Assembly: GCF_038871235.1 (NCBI RefSeq)
Contig: NZ_JAVZIN010000001.1
Coordinates: forward strand, 1-64,000
Reading direction: 5' to 3'
Source: Candidatus Hadarchaeum sp.
GTDB lineage: Archaea; Hadarchaeota; Hadarchaeia; Hadarchaeales; Hadarchaeaceae
DNA: 64,000 bases
A program made the position numbers and the translations under genes. Positions 18,349-28,549 of the stretch are shown here, piece after piece. Positions within the stretch are counted from its first letter, which is position 1. Each line of letters opens with the position of its first letter. Below the pieces are notes generated by a model. It made no database searches. It was not told the DNA's origin and was given only the letters and a program-made list of their open reading frames with translations.

Positions 18349-19695
18349 ATGGTGATGTTTAGTTATAGGGGCGAGGTTGAGAAAATTTTGCGAAGGGCAG
18401 CAGTAAAAGTTGGTGACAAAATTAAGGTCGTAAGCCGCCGCCGAGCCTATATCGGTGTTTTGATGCCCCGCACCGAGCTGGGTGATCCTAATCATCTGGT
18501 TCTCAAGTTGGCCAACGGTTACAACATCGGCGTGAAGGTCGATAGAGACACTGAGGTTACCTTGCTGGAAAGTCAAGAGCTACCAGAACTAGCCGTGCCC
18601 AAGCCAGAGAGGCCCCAGGATCCATCTAAGCCACGGGTGACGATAGTGGGCACCGGGGGGACGATTGCCAGCAGGGTCGATTACCGCACCGGAGCGGTCT
18701 ATCCTGCGTTTACTCCTGAGGACATTTACGGCGCGGTCCCAGAGATAGCCGAGATTGCCAACATCAAGGTCGTTCAGGCCTGCAACGTGTTCAGCGAGCA
18801 CATGACCCCAGACCTCTGGGTGAAGATAGCCCGGGTTGTAGCCAAGGAAATCAACGGCGGGGCTACGGGCGTCGTCGTGGCCCACGGCACCGACACGATG
18901 AGTTATACCGCCGCCGCACTGAGCTTCATGCTCAAAGGATTATTCCGCCCGGTAGTTTTAGTGGGATCGCAAAGGTCCTCTGACCGGCCGAGCAGCGATG
19001 CCGCCTTGAACCTGATTTCAGCAGTCGCAGTCGCCGCCCGGTCGGATATCGCCGAAGTTGTTGTTGTCATGCACGGGTCAACCGAGGACGACTTCTGCTT
19101 AATCCATAGGGGGACGAAGGTAAGGAAGTGCCACACCAGCCGCAGGGACGCTTTTCAGAGCATCAACGACATCCCTCTGGGTATGGTACGAAACGGACAG
19201 ATCAAGCTGTTCCGCGATGACTATCACCGCGCCAGCTCCGAGGGCAGGGTCAGAGTGCAGGGCCGGTTTGAGAAAAAAGTCGCCCTGTTGAAGGCCACAC
19301 CGGGTTTGCCCTCCAGCGTTATCAAAGGTATCGTGGCTTCGGGTGATAAAGGTATCGTGATTGAGGGGACCGGGCTGGGCCATGCTCCCCAATCTCTTTT
19401 CGAGGGAATCGAATTCGCCGGAAAGAGAAAAGTACCTGTGGTGATGACATCGCAGTGCCTCTGGGGGAGGGTTAATATGAACGTCTATTCAACGGGCCGC
19501 GACCTGCTCCAGCTCGGCGTGATCCCTGCCGAGGACATGCTCCCTGAGGTGGCTTGGGTGAAGCTGATGTGGGTTCTGGGCAGGACCAAGGATCCAGATA
19601 AAGTGGCCAAGTTAATGCAGCGAAATCTGACTGGAGAGATAACCCCTAGAACCCGACCCGATGTTTTTCTAAAAACCATCTTCACCTCTGAGTAA
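18349..19695 (+). CDS. gatD: Glutamyl-tRNA(Gln) amidotransferase subunit D
   Basis: LKLANGYNIG, TGGTIASRVDYRTGAV, HGTDTM, GSQRSSDRPSSD, KCHTSRRDAF motifs. Confidence 0.98.
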   Translation: MVMFSYRGEVEKILRRAAVKVGDKIKVVSRRRAYIGVLMPRTELGDPNHLVLKLANGYNIGVKVDRDTEVTLLESQELPELAVPKPERPQDPSKPRVTIVGTGGTIASRVDYRTGAVYPAFTPEDIYGAVPEIAEIANIKVVQACNVFSEHMTPDLWVKIARVVAKEINGGATGVVVAHGTDTMSYTAAALSFMLKGLFRPVVLVGSQRSSDRPSSDAALNLISAVAVAARSDIAEVVVVMHGSTEDDFCLIHRGTKVRKCHTSRRDAFQSINDIPLGMVRNGQIKLFRDDYHRASSEGRVRVQGRFEKKVALLKATPGLPSSVIKGIVASGDKGIVIEGTGLGHAPQSLFEGIEFAGKRKVPVVMTSQCLWGRVNMNVYSTGRDLLQLGVIPAEDMLPEVAWVKLMWVLGRTKDPDKVAKLMQRNLTGEITPRTRPDVFLKTIFTSE

Positions 19696-19705
19696 AGCAG
19701 ATTTT

Positions 19706-20611
19706 TCATATTACCGCTAACCCTCTGAGCACGAATACCGCCGCCACGCTGAGCAGGGTGGGGACGAAAAGGCTCTGGCAGGTTGACTTAACGTCGAGAT
19801 CAAATCTGGAGATGATCATCAGGTTGGTGACAGCTGGGGGCATCAGCGACATGATCAGCAGCGTGTTTCTTACCGCTTCCGTGGGGATGAAGATCACCGC
19901 CAAAATCAGGGCGATAACTGGTGAGATCAACAACCTATTGACGGTGATGATCCCGGTGACGCGGTTGGTGAAGATCAGCAGCGACTCCTTGGAGAGGGGC
20001 AGGATCATGCCGACGAAAATCAGGCTCAGGTAAACGGTCATCAGGCCGAACTGGTGCAGCCAGTAAAAGGCGGCCGTCTCCACAAAGCCCGGGATCACGG
20101 GGCGGGCCAGAAAGCCAAGCAGGAACCCTAGCAGCGGAGGGTAGGTGACAGCCCGGGTGAGCACCTTCTTTTCAAACTTGCCGTGGCCCCAGTAGGAGGC
20201 AAGGAAGACCCCCACTGTGTTGTGAAGAATCATCGTGGGTAGGGAGAAGAGCAGGGCTGCGGAGAGGTCGCCGTAGAACGCGTAGATAAGGGGGAAAGGG
20301 AGGAAGATGTTGTTGAAGAAGGTCGAGTTGATCACGACAGTTCCCAGCTCCTTTGTGTTGAATTTTTTGGAGGAGAGGTAGCTCACGCCGAAACAAAAAC
20401 CAACATAGGTGACCGAGAGCAGCACGATGTTTCCTAGGGTGAGTCCAGACAGGTCAGCTTTGAAGATCTCAGCAAACATCAGAATCGGGGCCATGATGTT
20501 AATGAGAAGGAACTCGAGGTGCTTTGGCTTCAGACCGGACTTGACTTGCCCGAGTAGGATGCCCAATCCCATCAGCGAGGGCATCACCACGATGTTGGTT
20601 AGATCGCTCAA
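19706..20611 (-). CDS. AEC (auxin efflux carrier) family transporter
   Basis: About 10 TM segments; FFNNIFLPFP, YPPLLG, MPPA motifs. Confidence 0.85.
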   Translation of the reverse strand: MSDLTNIVVMPSLMGLGILLGQVKSGLKPKHLEFLLINIMAPILMFAEIFKADLSGLTLGNIVLLSVTYVGFCFGVSYLSSKKFNTKELGTVVINSTFFNNIFLPFPLIYAFYGDLSAALLFSLPTMILHNTVGVFLASYWGHGKFEKKVLTRAVTYPPLLGFLLGFLARPVIPGFVETAAFYWLHQFGLMTVYLSLIFVGMILPLSKESLLIFTNRVTGIITVNRLLISPVIALILAVIFIPTEAVRNTLLIMSLMPPAVTNLMIISRFDLDVKSTCQSLFVPTLLSVAAVFVLRGLAVI

Positions 20612-20799
20612 CTCATCCCTCCGTAGCCTTTAGCCCCTGATTCAAATCATAGTGAAATAAGAATCTCTTTAGCTGATAAGGATATACCTCGGTGGTTCTT
20701 CGATTTTGGGGGATAAATTAGTAGTAGCCAATCATGGGCTTCTTTTGACTTGAAATCTCAGTACCGCAACCTCTTTACTAAAATACTACATCAGCAGAG

Positions 20800-22701
20800 A
20801 TGGATTTGATGGAGAAGCAGAAAATTGATTTCGGAAAAATAGGCCTGCGCGTGGGCTTCGAGATTCATCAGGAGCTGGCGACGTCCAAGCTCTTCTGCAG
20901 CTGTCCCTCCCAGCTCCGTGACGATCATCCAAGCTTTCAGGTCAGGCGGAGATTACGCCCGACCCAGAGCGAGCTAGGCGAGATCGACCGCGCCGCCCTT
21001 GCTGAGGCGATCAAGGGCAAGGCCTTCAGCTATCAGGTATATCCCGACAGCATCTGTTTGGTGGAGCTAGATGAGGAGCCACCTCACTCTGTTAACGAGG
21101 AGGCGCTCGACATCGCGCTCGAGATAGCGCTTTTGCTCAACGCCACCCCTGTTGACGAGGTTCACGTGATGAGGAAAATCGTAATCGACGGCAGCAACAC
21201 TTGCGGCTTCCAGCGAACGATGTTGGTTGCCACCGAAGGCAGCTTCGAGGTCGATGGTAAAAGGATCAGCATCCCGACAATTTGTCTGGAGGAGGATGCT
21301 GCCAGAAAAGTGGGTGAGAGATGCGAGTTGGTTGAATATCGTTTGGATCGGCTTGGTATTCCGCTCGTTGAAATCGCTACCGGTCCCGACTTCAGCGATC
21401 CAGAAACTCCGGCCAAGGCAGCCCTTTACATCGGACAGCTCCTTCGCGCCACAGGTAGGGTGAAGCGCGGCATCGGAACCATCCGTCAGGACATAAACAT
21501 CTCCATCGCTGCGGGTGCCCGCCAAGAGATAAAAGGCGTACAGGAGCTGGGTCTCATCTCGACGGTGATTGAGCGAGAGGTTCAGCGGCAACTGGCGCTT
21601 CTGGAGATTCGTGAAGAACTGAAGCGTCGCGGCGCGAAGAGGTTGGAGAAAAAAATTGTCGATGTGACGGAGATTTTTTCAAAAACTGGTTCAAAACTGA
21701 TTCAGAGATCCTTGGCCAGTGGAGGTTCAGTCTTGGCGGTGAAACTGGAGAAGTTCGCTGGCCTTCTTGGTAAGGAGATTCAGCCCGGAAGAAGGTTTGG
21801 AACCGAACTATCCGACCGGGCCAAAACCTACGGCAAGGTGGGTGGGCTCTTTCACACCGACGAACTTCCTAGCTATGGTGTCTCTGCTGAGGAGGTTAGT
21901 CGAATAAGGCAGGAGGTGGGCGCAGAGGAAATGGATGCCGTGGTTTTGATCGCTGACCGCAGGGAAAAGGCGGTGGCGGCACTTGAGGCAGTTGTTGATC
22001 GGGCCAATGAGGCGTTGGCTGGAGTTCCTGAAGAAACGCGTCGGGCTTTGGAGAATGGAAATACCGAGTTCATGCGTCCGCTGCCCGGTGCCAGCCGCAT
22101 GTACCCCGAGACTGACATTCCTCCTATCACAATAACTCCTGCTAGGATTAGAAAGATCAGAAGTCGGCTTCCGGAGCCACCGGAGAAGACCTGCGAGAGA
22201 CTCCTGGAGAAATATCACCTCAGCCAAGATCTCGCCGAACGTCTGAGCCTTTCCGATAACCTGAACCTGTTTGAGGAGCTGGTTACGAGCACGGGAGCAG
22301 ACCCGACCTTGGTCGCGGCGACTCTTGAGGGCACCATTGTCAGCCTGCGTCGTGAAGGAGTTGAGGTCGAGAAGATAACCAAGGAAACCCTCCAGGAGGT
22401 GTTTCGGCGGGTGGCGGGTGGAGACGTGGCCAAGGAGGCCGTCCCCGAGGTGCTCCGGCTGGCCTCGCAGGGAGTCGGCATCAGTGAGGCTGTAGAAAAG
22501 CTCGGGCTCTCCCGTCTTGGCACAACCGAGCTAGAAAGTCTGGTCGCCGAGGTTGTTGCGGAGAATCTGAAGCTGATTCAGGAGAGGGGAACGAGAGCCA
22601 TTGATCCCCTCATGGGCATCCTGATGGCAAAGGTAAGGGGAAAGGCCGACGGAAGAGTTGTACACGAGCTATTAAAAAAGGAGATAGAAAGGAACCTCTA
22701 G
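20800..22701 (+). CDS. gatE: Glutamyl-tRNA(Gln) amidotransferase subunit E
   Basis: GFEIHQEL, KLFC.CP, MRKIVIDGSNT.GFQRT, GIGTIRQD, RMYPETDIP motifs. Confidence 0.98.
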   Translation: MDLMEKQKIDFGKIGLRVGFEIHQELATSKLFCSCPSQLRDDHPSFQVRRRLRPTQSELGEIDRAALAEAIKGKAFSYQVYPDSICLVELDEEPPHSVNEEALDIALEIALLLNATPVDEVHVMRKIVIDGSNTCGFQRTMLVATEGSFEVDGKRISIPTICLEEDAARKVGERCELVEYRLDRLGIPLVEIATGPDFSDPETPAKAALYIGQLLRATGRVKRGIGTIRQDINISIAAGARQEIKGVQELGLISTVIEREVQRQLALLEIREELKRRGAKRLEKKIVDVTEIFSKTGSKLIQRSLASGGSVLAVKLEKFAGLLGKEIQPGRRFGTELSDRAKTYGKVGGLFHTDELPSYGVSAEEVSRIRQEVGAEEMDAVVLIADRREKAVAALEAVVDRANEALAGVPEETRRALENGNTEFMRPLPGASRMYPETDIPPITITPARIRKIRSRLPEPPEKTCERLLEKYHLSQDLAERLSLSDNLNLFEELVTSTGADPTLVAATLEGTIVSLRREGVEVEKITKETLQEVFRRVAGGDVAKEAVPEVLRLASQGVGISEAVEKLGLSRLGTTELESLVAEVVAENLKLIQERGTRAIDPLMGILMAKVRGKADGRVVHELLKKEIERNL

Positions 22702-22760
22702 TTATCAGACTCCCCGCTGTTTATTTTAATCCATACTCACCAGCATAGTTAGGTAGTTGG

Positions 22761-24563
22761 ATGTGCGGCATCGTGGGTTATATCGGCAGCCGTCCAGCAG
22801 CGCCGATATTACTGGAGGCGCTCCGGCGACTTGAGTATCGGGGTTATGATTCAGCCGGAATGGCCACGGTTTTTAAAAAATTGTTCGTCAAAAAGGACCG
22901 AGGGAGAATTGCTGATATTGACCGGAGGCTAAAATTGGCGGAGATGCCGGGCCACTTGGGTTTGGGACACACTCGCTGGGCTACGCACGGCGAGCCCTCC
23001 AGAGTTAACGCTCACCCTCACCTCGACAACTCGGAAAAAATTGCCGTGGTACATAACGGAATTATCGAGAACTATTCAGAAATAAAAAAGTTCCTCCAGA
23101 AACATGGTTATCGTTTCTTTTCAAAGACCGACACCGAGGTAATTCCCAACTTGATCTCCTATTTTGTTGGTCGGGGCTATGATCTGGAGGAGAGCGTTAG
23201 GCGGGCAGCCAAGCGGCTGAAGGGCAGTTTCGCTTTGGCCATTGTCAGTGTGGATGAGCCAGATAGGATCATTGCGGTTCGTCAGGATAGCCCGTTGATT
23301 ATAGGACTCGGAAGCGGAGAGACCTTTTTGGCCTCAGATATACCCGCGATGCTCCAGCACACCAACCGGGTGGTGGTGCTTGAGAACGGCGAGATGGCGG
23401 TACTGGCGCCTGGCCACGTGGTGATTAAAAAGTTCAGTTCCGGTGTCGAGGTTAAACGAAAGCCCATGGTGATCAGGTGGACGGCCGAGATGGCGGAGAA
23501 GGATGGTTATCCTCACTTCACCTTGAAGGAGATCTTTCAGCAGCCGGGCGCTGTTCAAGAAACTCTTCGCGCGCCGTTAGATGAGCTGAAAAAGCTGGCC
23601 AGATTTCTGCTCAGTGCCAAACGGGTTTATTTTGTCGCCTGCGGCACCTCCTTCCATGCTGCGCTGGTGGCGAAATATGTGCTGGCTAAGCTGGCCGAGT
23701 TTCCGGTAGAGGTAGTGATTTCCTCAGAGTTCGGCGAGATTGGCAGTAGCGATGACGAAACGGCAGTGTTGGCCATCACCCAGTCAGGAGAGACGGCTGA
23801 TACGCTGAAAGCGGTTGAGGCCGCCAAGGCTGCTGGGGCAAAGGTAGCCTGCCTGACCAACGTTGTGGGCAGTTCCATAACTAGAATGAGCGACCTAGTC
23901 TGCTATACCTATGCTGGACCTGAGGTCAGCGTGGTAGCGACGAAAACTTTTGCCGCTCAGGTGGCCTACTTGCTGCGGCTCGCCATACAACTGGCTGAGG
24001 AGAGGGAAAGATCCTGTGTGAGGTGTAGGAGCTTGGCAGCTGGGCTGATGTTGCTGCCCGATGACATGCGAAGAGTTTTGGATGGGATAAATTCTCAGGT
24101 GAAACGGCTAGCTCGTCGTCTAGCTAAAGCGGATAATATTTATCTTATCGGGCGCGGGATTGGCTACCCGCTGGTGCTGGAAGGAGCCCTAAAGATTAAG
24201 GAGATCACTTACATCCATTCAGAGGGAATGCCAGCCGGTGAACTCAAGCATGGAACTCTGGCGCTAATCGAGGAGGAGACGCCAGTCATTGCCGTGGTGC
24301 CACCTGGGGAAATGCGGGTGAAGATGGTAAGCAATGTCGAGGAGGTAAAGGCACGTGGGGCCTACGTCATCGCCATAGCCGACAATGGCAAGGACCTCAG
24401 GGAGCATGTCGACGAACTGATATCGATTCCGCACACTGAGGAGTTCTTTAGCCCCCTTCTCTTCATCATCCCGCTTCAGCTGCTCGCCTATTATATTACT
24501 GTGGAAAAAGGACAGGACCCCGACCGACCCCGATCATTGGCCAAATCGGTCACGGTGGAGTAG
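22761..24563 (+). CDS. glmS: Glutamine-fructose-6-phosphate aminotransferase
   Basis: MCGIVG, LEYRGYDSAG, GHTRWATHG, QSGETADT, ELKHG, LAKSVTVE motifs. Confidence 0.99.
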   Translation: MCGIVGYIGSRPAAPILLEALRRLEYRGYDSAGMATVFKKLFVKKDRGRIADIDRRLKLAEMPGHLGLGHTRWATHGEPSRVNAHPHLDNSEKIAVVHNGIIENYSEIKKFLQKHGYRFFSKTDTEVIPNLISYFVGRGYDLEESVRRAAKRLKGSFALAIVSVDEPDRIIAVRQDSPLIIGLGSGETFLASDIPAMLQHTNRVVVLENGEMAVLAPGHVVIKKFSSGVEVKRKPMVIRWTAEMAEKDGYPHFTLKEIFQQPGAVQETLRAPLDELKKLARFLLSAKRVYFVACGTSFHAALVAKYVLAKLAEFPVEVVISSEFGEIGSSDDETAVLAITQSGETADTLKAVEAAKAAGAKVACLTNVVGSSITRMSDLVCYTYAGPEVSVVATKTFAAQVAYLLRLAIQLAEERERSCVRCRSLAAGLMLLPDDMRRVLDGINSQVKRLARRLAKADNIYLIGRGIGYPLVLEGALKIKEITYIHSEGMPAGELKHGTLALIEEETPVIAVVPPGEMRVKMVSNVEEVKARGAYVIAIADNGKDLREHVDELISIPHTEEFFSPLLFIIPLQLLAYYITVEKGQDPDRPRSLAKSVTVE

Positions 24564-25511
24564 CTAGATCAGCAGCTTGCCTTCCTTCATCAGTAGTTTC
24601 CCATCCAGCTCAACGGTGGGCTTCTTGAAGATGCCGTCGATGTGGATGCCTGCTTTGACCTTCCCCCCGAAGGTGGAGTTGTCACCCAGTGCCACATGAC
24701 AGGTTCCAAGTACTTTTTCATCCTCAAGAACCTGTCCGATCAACCGAGCCTTGGGATTAGTTCCGATGCCGAACTCAGCTAGGTTCCGTGCCTTTGGCCC
24801 GGCTTCGTTCAACATTTTCCTCAGTTTTATGGCCGATGACCCAGCTATTTCTTCAGCCACTCCCCTCTCTATCACTATCTCAGTTCTACCTGTAGTCGTG
24901 TCGATAATTGATCCGTCAACGACAACCTTTCCCTCTCCGGTTCCCTCAACCGGAGCGATGAAAGCCTCTCCAGCGGGCAGGTTGCCGAAATCACCCGGGC
25001 GATGGAAGATACCCGTGTCTGGATGAGCTCTCCTCCCTTCAATGCTGAATTTCAGGTCTGTCCCCGCTTCTGTTTTGACTTCAACTTCCGACGCTCGGTC
25101 AAGAAGAGCGGCAATTTTATTAGTTAGCCGAGCCACCTCACGGTAGTCAGCCAGCATGGCTCCTCTCTGCATCATCTCTTCCGTGATTCCAGGCATGGTG
25201 GCTACTCTGGCTCCAGCCTTACAGGCCCGTAAACGCGCTTGCGTGTGGGTGAGAGAATAGGTGGTCGGGGCAATGACCACGTCAAAATGAGTCATGGCCA
25301 GAGCTACCGGTTCAGGCGGCTCCTGCCCGTGTCTTTTGCCCACGGGCATGCAGATTAACGTCACCGCTGCTCCGCGCTTCCTAGCGACATCAGCAATCGT
25401 TTCCGCGATTTTCATCCTAAGTGGATCGGTGACGATAAGCACTTTTTCGTTTCTTCGAATCTTCAGACAGGTGTCTACTACCATTCTGGCGCCGCGGATC
25501 ATGGGGTTCAT
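24564..25511 (-). CDS. Aminopeptidase (thermophilic metalloprotease M29-like)
   Basis: NLPAGE, AEFGIGTN, EDEKVLGTCHVALG, HIDG motifs. Confidence 0.88.
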   Translation of the reverse strand: MNPMIRGARMVVDTCLKIRRNEKVLIVTDPLRMKIAETIADVARKRGAAVTLICMPVGKRHGQEPPEPVALAMTHFDVVIAPTTYSLTHTQARLRACKAGARVATMPGITEEMMQRGAMLADYREVARLTNKIAALLDRASEVEVKTEAGTDLKFSIEGRRAHPDTGIFHRPGDFGNLPAGEAFIAPVEGTGEGKVVVDGSIIDTTTGRTEIVIERGVAEEIAGSSAIKLRKMLNEAGPKARNLAEFGIGTNPKARLIGQVLEDEKVLGTCHVALGDNSTFGGKVKAGIHIDGIFKKPTVELDGKLLMKEGKLLI

Positions 25512-25522
25512 GAGAATACCAA

Positions 25523-25837
25523 CTAGATAAGTCCAGCTTTGAAGAGTTCCTCCCGAAAAGATGACAGGATCTCCCGAATAGCTCCCTCTTCCGCCGCGTG
25601 AATTTCAATGTAACCGTTGGGGAACAGTAACAGGTAATTGCCTCGTCTCAGGGTGAACTTTACCACGTTCTTCTTGGAGGTAGTTATGGGTTTAACGTTG
25701 GGAAGTCGCTTCAAGACCTCAGCGATGTCCACCGGCTTGTTAATTTTCGAGGTGGCTCTTAGTGATTTTATTTTGGGAACATCGAAGATATCATGAATGC
25801 GCGGCATCTCACTTACGGATGGGCTGCTTTCTTCCAC
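25523..25837 (-). CDS. Hypothetical protein resembling a single TBP (TATA-binding protein) repeat
   Basis: Pattern KI..L.AT..I...VDI.EV...LPN...LLLFPNG.I.I.AA.E..I..I......L.K.GL follows one archaeal TBP repeat. Confidence 0.6.
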   Translation of the reverse strand: MEESSPSVSEMPRIHDIFDVPKIKSLRATSKINKPVDIAEVLKRLPNVKPITTSKKNVVKFTLRRGNYLLLFPNGYIEIHAAEEGAIREILSSFREELFKAGLI

Positions 25838-25874
25838 CTTAACCCCTGCTTGAGTTAGACCGAGAACATTTAAA

Positions 25875-26081
25875 TTATACGCGCTTGGCGGCCAGCCTGA
25901 TGTCCACGTCGCGCACGGTTCTTCTTCCGGCGTGTTCAGCTAACTTAGCCGCTTCGCTGGCGATCTGCATCGCTCGCTCTTCAAGGACCTCTGCGAGCGC
26001 AATCGCGGCCTCCTCGCTAACCCGCTTGGCTCCGGATTTCCTTATTACTCGATCTATAGCCGCTATCGGCAATTCAACCAT
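25875..26081 (-). CDS. Archaeal histone (HMf family)
   Basis: ELPIAAIDRVIR..GA.RVS, AEHAGRRTVRDVDI motifs; GGAGGT ribosome-binding site. Confidence 0.97.
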   Translation of the reverse strand: MVELPIAAIDRVIRKSGAKRVSEEAAIALAEVLEERAMQIASEAAKLAEHAGRRTVRDVDIRLAAKRV

Positions 26082-26362
26082 TTTTCTACCTCCTCCGTTT
26101 GTTCCAGCCATTTAAGAGCAATTTTTCTTTATTTAAGGCACTATTTAAAGCTATCTGATTAATATTAACTTGCTAAGCATTTTTCGGCTGAAACAGAATG
26201 TTTTTAGTTGATTTAACGTCTAGAATTTAATGAATAAAAATTTAAAATTTTTCTCAACGGGTAACAAGGCCCTGATTTAACAAAAAGTCACTTGTTCTCA
26301 TTAAAAAAATAAAATATTTTTCTTGAAGGTGAAAAGTTAACTTTACAGTAGAAAAAACGACT

Positions 26363-26926
26363 TTAATTGGAATTTAGAATCCTTTCAATTTCGTCAGCGA
26401 CTTTTTCCGGAGGTAAATCAGTATTTAGGACGTACCAGCCCTCCCCAGCCAGTGTTAACGCCTTTTTTCTCACCTTTACTATTTCGTCGTGGGTCTCGAA
26501 CATTTCTTGGATTTTTCTACCTTTTATCCTTCTCAGACATTCCTCAGGGGAGACATCGAGAAAAAACATGAACCGAGAGGTGGGCAACAGGATCTTGAAG
26601 AATTTATAGGCTAGCTTGTCGAGAGGAGAGGGAAGATAGGCTGTGCCCATGAGATATCTAACCATGATCAGGGTGTCGCATTTTCTATTGTAGTATTTAA
26701 ACAGGGACCTGATGACGTCCAAGGCGTAGAAGAGTGAGGCCTTAATTCGGTCCGATTTGCCGCCGGCCAATAGCGCTGTTTTTGCCATTCTGCCGAACCA
26801 GTTGTCTTCACTGGGGTGTGATCTGACGACAACCCTCTCTCCTTTTTTCTCATATTTTCTACGGATAATCTCGGCGTGGGTGTCCTTTCCCGAGGCATCT
26901 AGGCCGTCGATAACGATAAAGCGCAC
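26363..26926 (-). CDS. Thymidylate kinase-like P-loop kinase
   Basis: FIVIDGLDASGKDT, FFLDVSPEECLRRI motifs. Confidence 0.85.
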   Translation of the reverse strand: MRFIVIDGLDASGKDTHAEIIRRKYEKKGERVVVRSHPSEDNWFGRMAKTALLAGGKSDRIKASLFYALDVIRSLFKYYNRKCDTLIMVRYLMGTAYLPSPLDKLAYKFFKILLPTSRFMFFLDVSPEECLRRIKGRKIQEMFETHDEIVKVRKKALTLAGEGWYVLNTDLPPEKVADEIERILNSN

Positions 26927-26939
26927 ATTATCACCACGG

Positions 26940-27623
26940 TCAAATAATAGTGAGATACCAGCACAGCGCCGATGCTATTAGTGGAACGGTCAAGTTGTCT
27001 AGGCCTCTGGGGGTCAACATCTCGATGATGGTGGCGATGAGACAGACCGAGAAGAGAACAGTCAATAGTTGCAGTGTTATTGGCAGAGAGTAAAAGATGG
27101 CGTTAACCAGAAGCATCGGCATGGTTGTCAAGAACATGGCCAGAGATCCCTCAAGGCTCTTTTTGTCCTGGAAAATCTGAAAGGAGTGTCTGCCGAAACG
27201 AACGCCGATGATCGAGGCAAAGCCATCGCCGTAGGACATAGCCAGTATGCCCACGCCGACTACCCAGAGATGTTCGAAGAACAGGTAGGCGAGCACCGTC
27301 CAAGAAATAGCATAGTACATTAGACCAAACCCGTGGCCAGCCTGAGAAACCCTGCTTTTACTTTTGATGGGTGAACGGGGGCTGATGAGGAAGGTAAAGA
27401 CGATGAATGGAGCGGCGGCACCGAAAACCATGGCTTCCTTGGTTTGAAAGATGGGAAGGATAAAGACGATGTTGCCAACCATGATGTGGAGTATTTTTCT
27501 GCTTATGGTAGGATACTTGGATAGGATTTTTTCCGAGAGCACGAGCAGAAGGCCAACGTAACCGTAGACGAATAAGATACCCGCGGCATCTTTTGGGAAC
27601 ATTTTTTCACCTAAAGGCGCCAA
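26940..27623 (-). CDS. Dolichol/phytol kinase-like membrane protein (CTP-transferase 1 family)
   Basis: SRKILH, YGDGFASIIG, KKSLEGS, GLDNLTVP motifs. Confidence 0.88.
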   Translation of the reverse strand: MAPLGEKMFPKDAAGILFVYGYVGLLLVLSEKILSKYPTISRKILHIMVGNIVFILPIFQTKEAMVFGAAAPFIVFTFLISPRSPIKSKSRVSQAGHGFGLMYYAISWTVLAYLFFEHLWVVGVGILAMSYGDGFASIIGVRFGRHSFQIFQDKKSLEGSLAMFLTTMPMLLVNAIFYSLPITLQLLTVLFSVCLIATIIEMLTPRGLDNLTVPLIASALCWYLTII

Positions 27624-28464
27624 TTAGAAAGGCGAGAAGGCCGATGATCATCGAAACCAGCGTCATCTTCCTATATCTTGCCAGAGGTGGATTTTTCCTA
27701 AAAGCAATGGCGGCCGCGATATAAATGAAGAAGATGTCGGTCAGACAAACGAGGAAGAGATAGAGAAAGTTTCCATAGTATGAAGTAGACTTCAGCCAGA
27801 AGGGGACGAAGCTCAGGGCTACAGCGATGAGGTAGAAGACTGCCGCTATCCGGCAGGCGTTTTTCTCACCGATGTAGAGCGGCAGGGATTTAACCCCCTT
27901 TGACCTGTCTCCAGCCACGTCCATCGTATCTTTCATTATCTCCCGTCCCTCACCGGCCAAGAAGGCGATCAGAGATAGGATCCAAACGGCGGTGGGTATT
28001 GTCGGTGAGACGACTGCAGCCCCGAAGAGAAAGGGAACCGCCATGATGTAGGCGATGTATAGATTACCGAGAACTTTCGTCTTTTTCAGTCGCAGATCAT
28101 ATAAGATGGCGAAAGCCCCGGTGGCGATAGCGATAGCGAAACACTGTAAGTTGACCAAGAAGGAAACGAGTATGCCCAAGGGAAAGAGAAGATAAAAGAT
28201 GACGAGAGCGACCCTTGGTTGTAGGTCCCCCCTCACCAGCGGCCTGTCCATCCTTTTGTTTTTTCGGTCTATTTCTAGGTCGACGTAGTCGTTCAGCGCG
28301 AAGGTGCTGGCCTCAAGAAAAAGAGCTGTTAGAAAGGAAAAAACCAACTTAGTTAAGTTAGGCAGGTAACCACTGTTTGCGATCAGGGCACCGATCAGAA
28401 CGGCCACGAACAGCATCACGCCGTGGTCGAGGCGCATCAGGTCGTAAAGTGCTTTAGCTTTCAT
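27607..28464 (-). CDS. UbiA-family prenyltransferase (digeranylgeranylglyceryl phosphate synthase-like)
   Basis: NDYVDLEIDRKNK..RPL and REIMKDTMDVAGD motifs; multiple TM segments. Confidence 0.9.
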   Translation of the reverse strand: MKAKALYDLMRLDHGVMLFVAVLIGALIANSGYLPNLTKLVFSFLTALFLEASTFALNDYVDLEIDRKNKRMDRPLVRGDLQPRVALVIFYLLFPLGILVSFLVNLQCFAIAIATGAFAILYDLRLKKTKVLGNLYIAYIMAVPFLFGAAVVSPTIPTAVWILSLIAFLAGEGREIMKDTMDVAGDRSKGVKSLPLYIGEKNACRIAAVFYLIAVALSFVPFWLKSTSYYGNFLYLFLVCLTDIFFIYIAAAIAFRKNPPLARYRKMTLVSMIIGLLAFLIGAFR

Positions 28465-28549
28465 TAGAATAATTATCATAAATTTAGGGTAAATATTTTT
28501 TGAAGTTGGCCAGACGCTTCTCGACAGAAATTTAAGCAAGCCCCGCCTA

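Noticed and set aside
26082-26111. Apparent histone N-terminal tail MAGTNGGGRK
   Set aside because: The GG codons are the GGAGGT ribosome-binding site of the downstream ATG, so this is probably untranslated leader.
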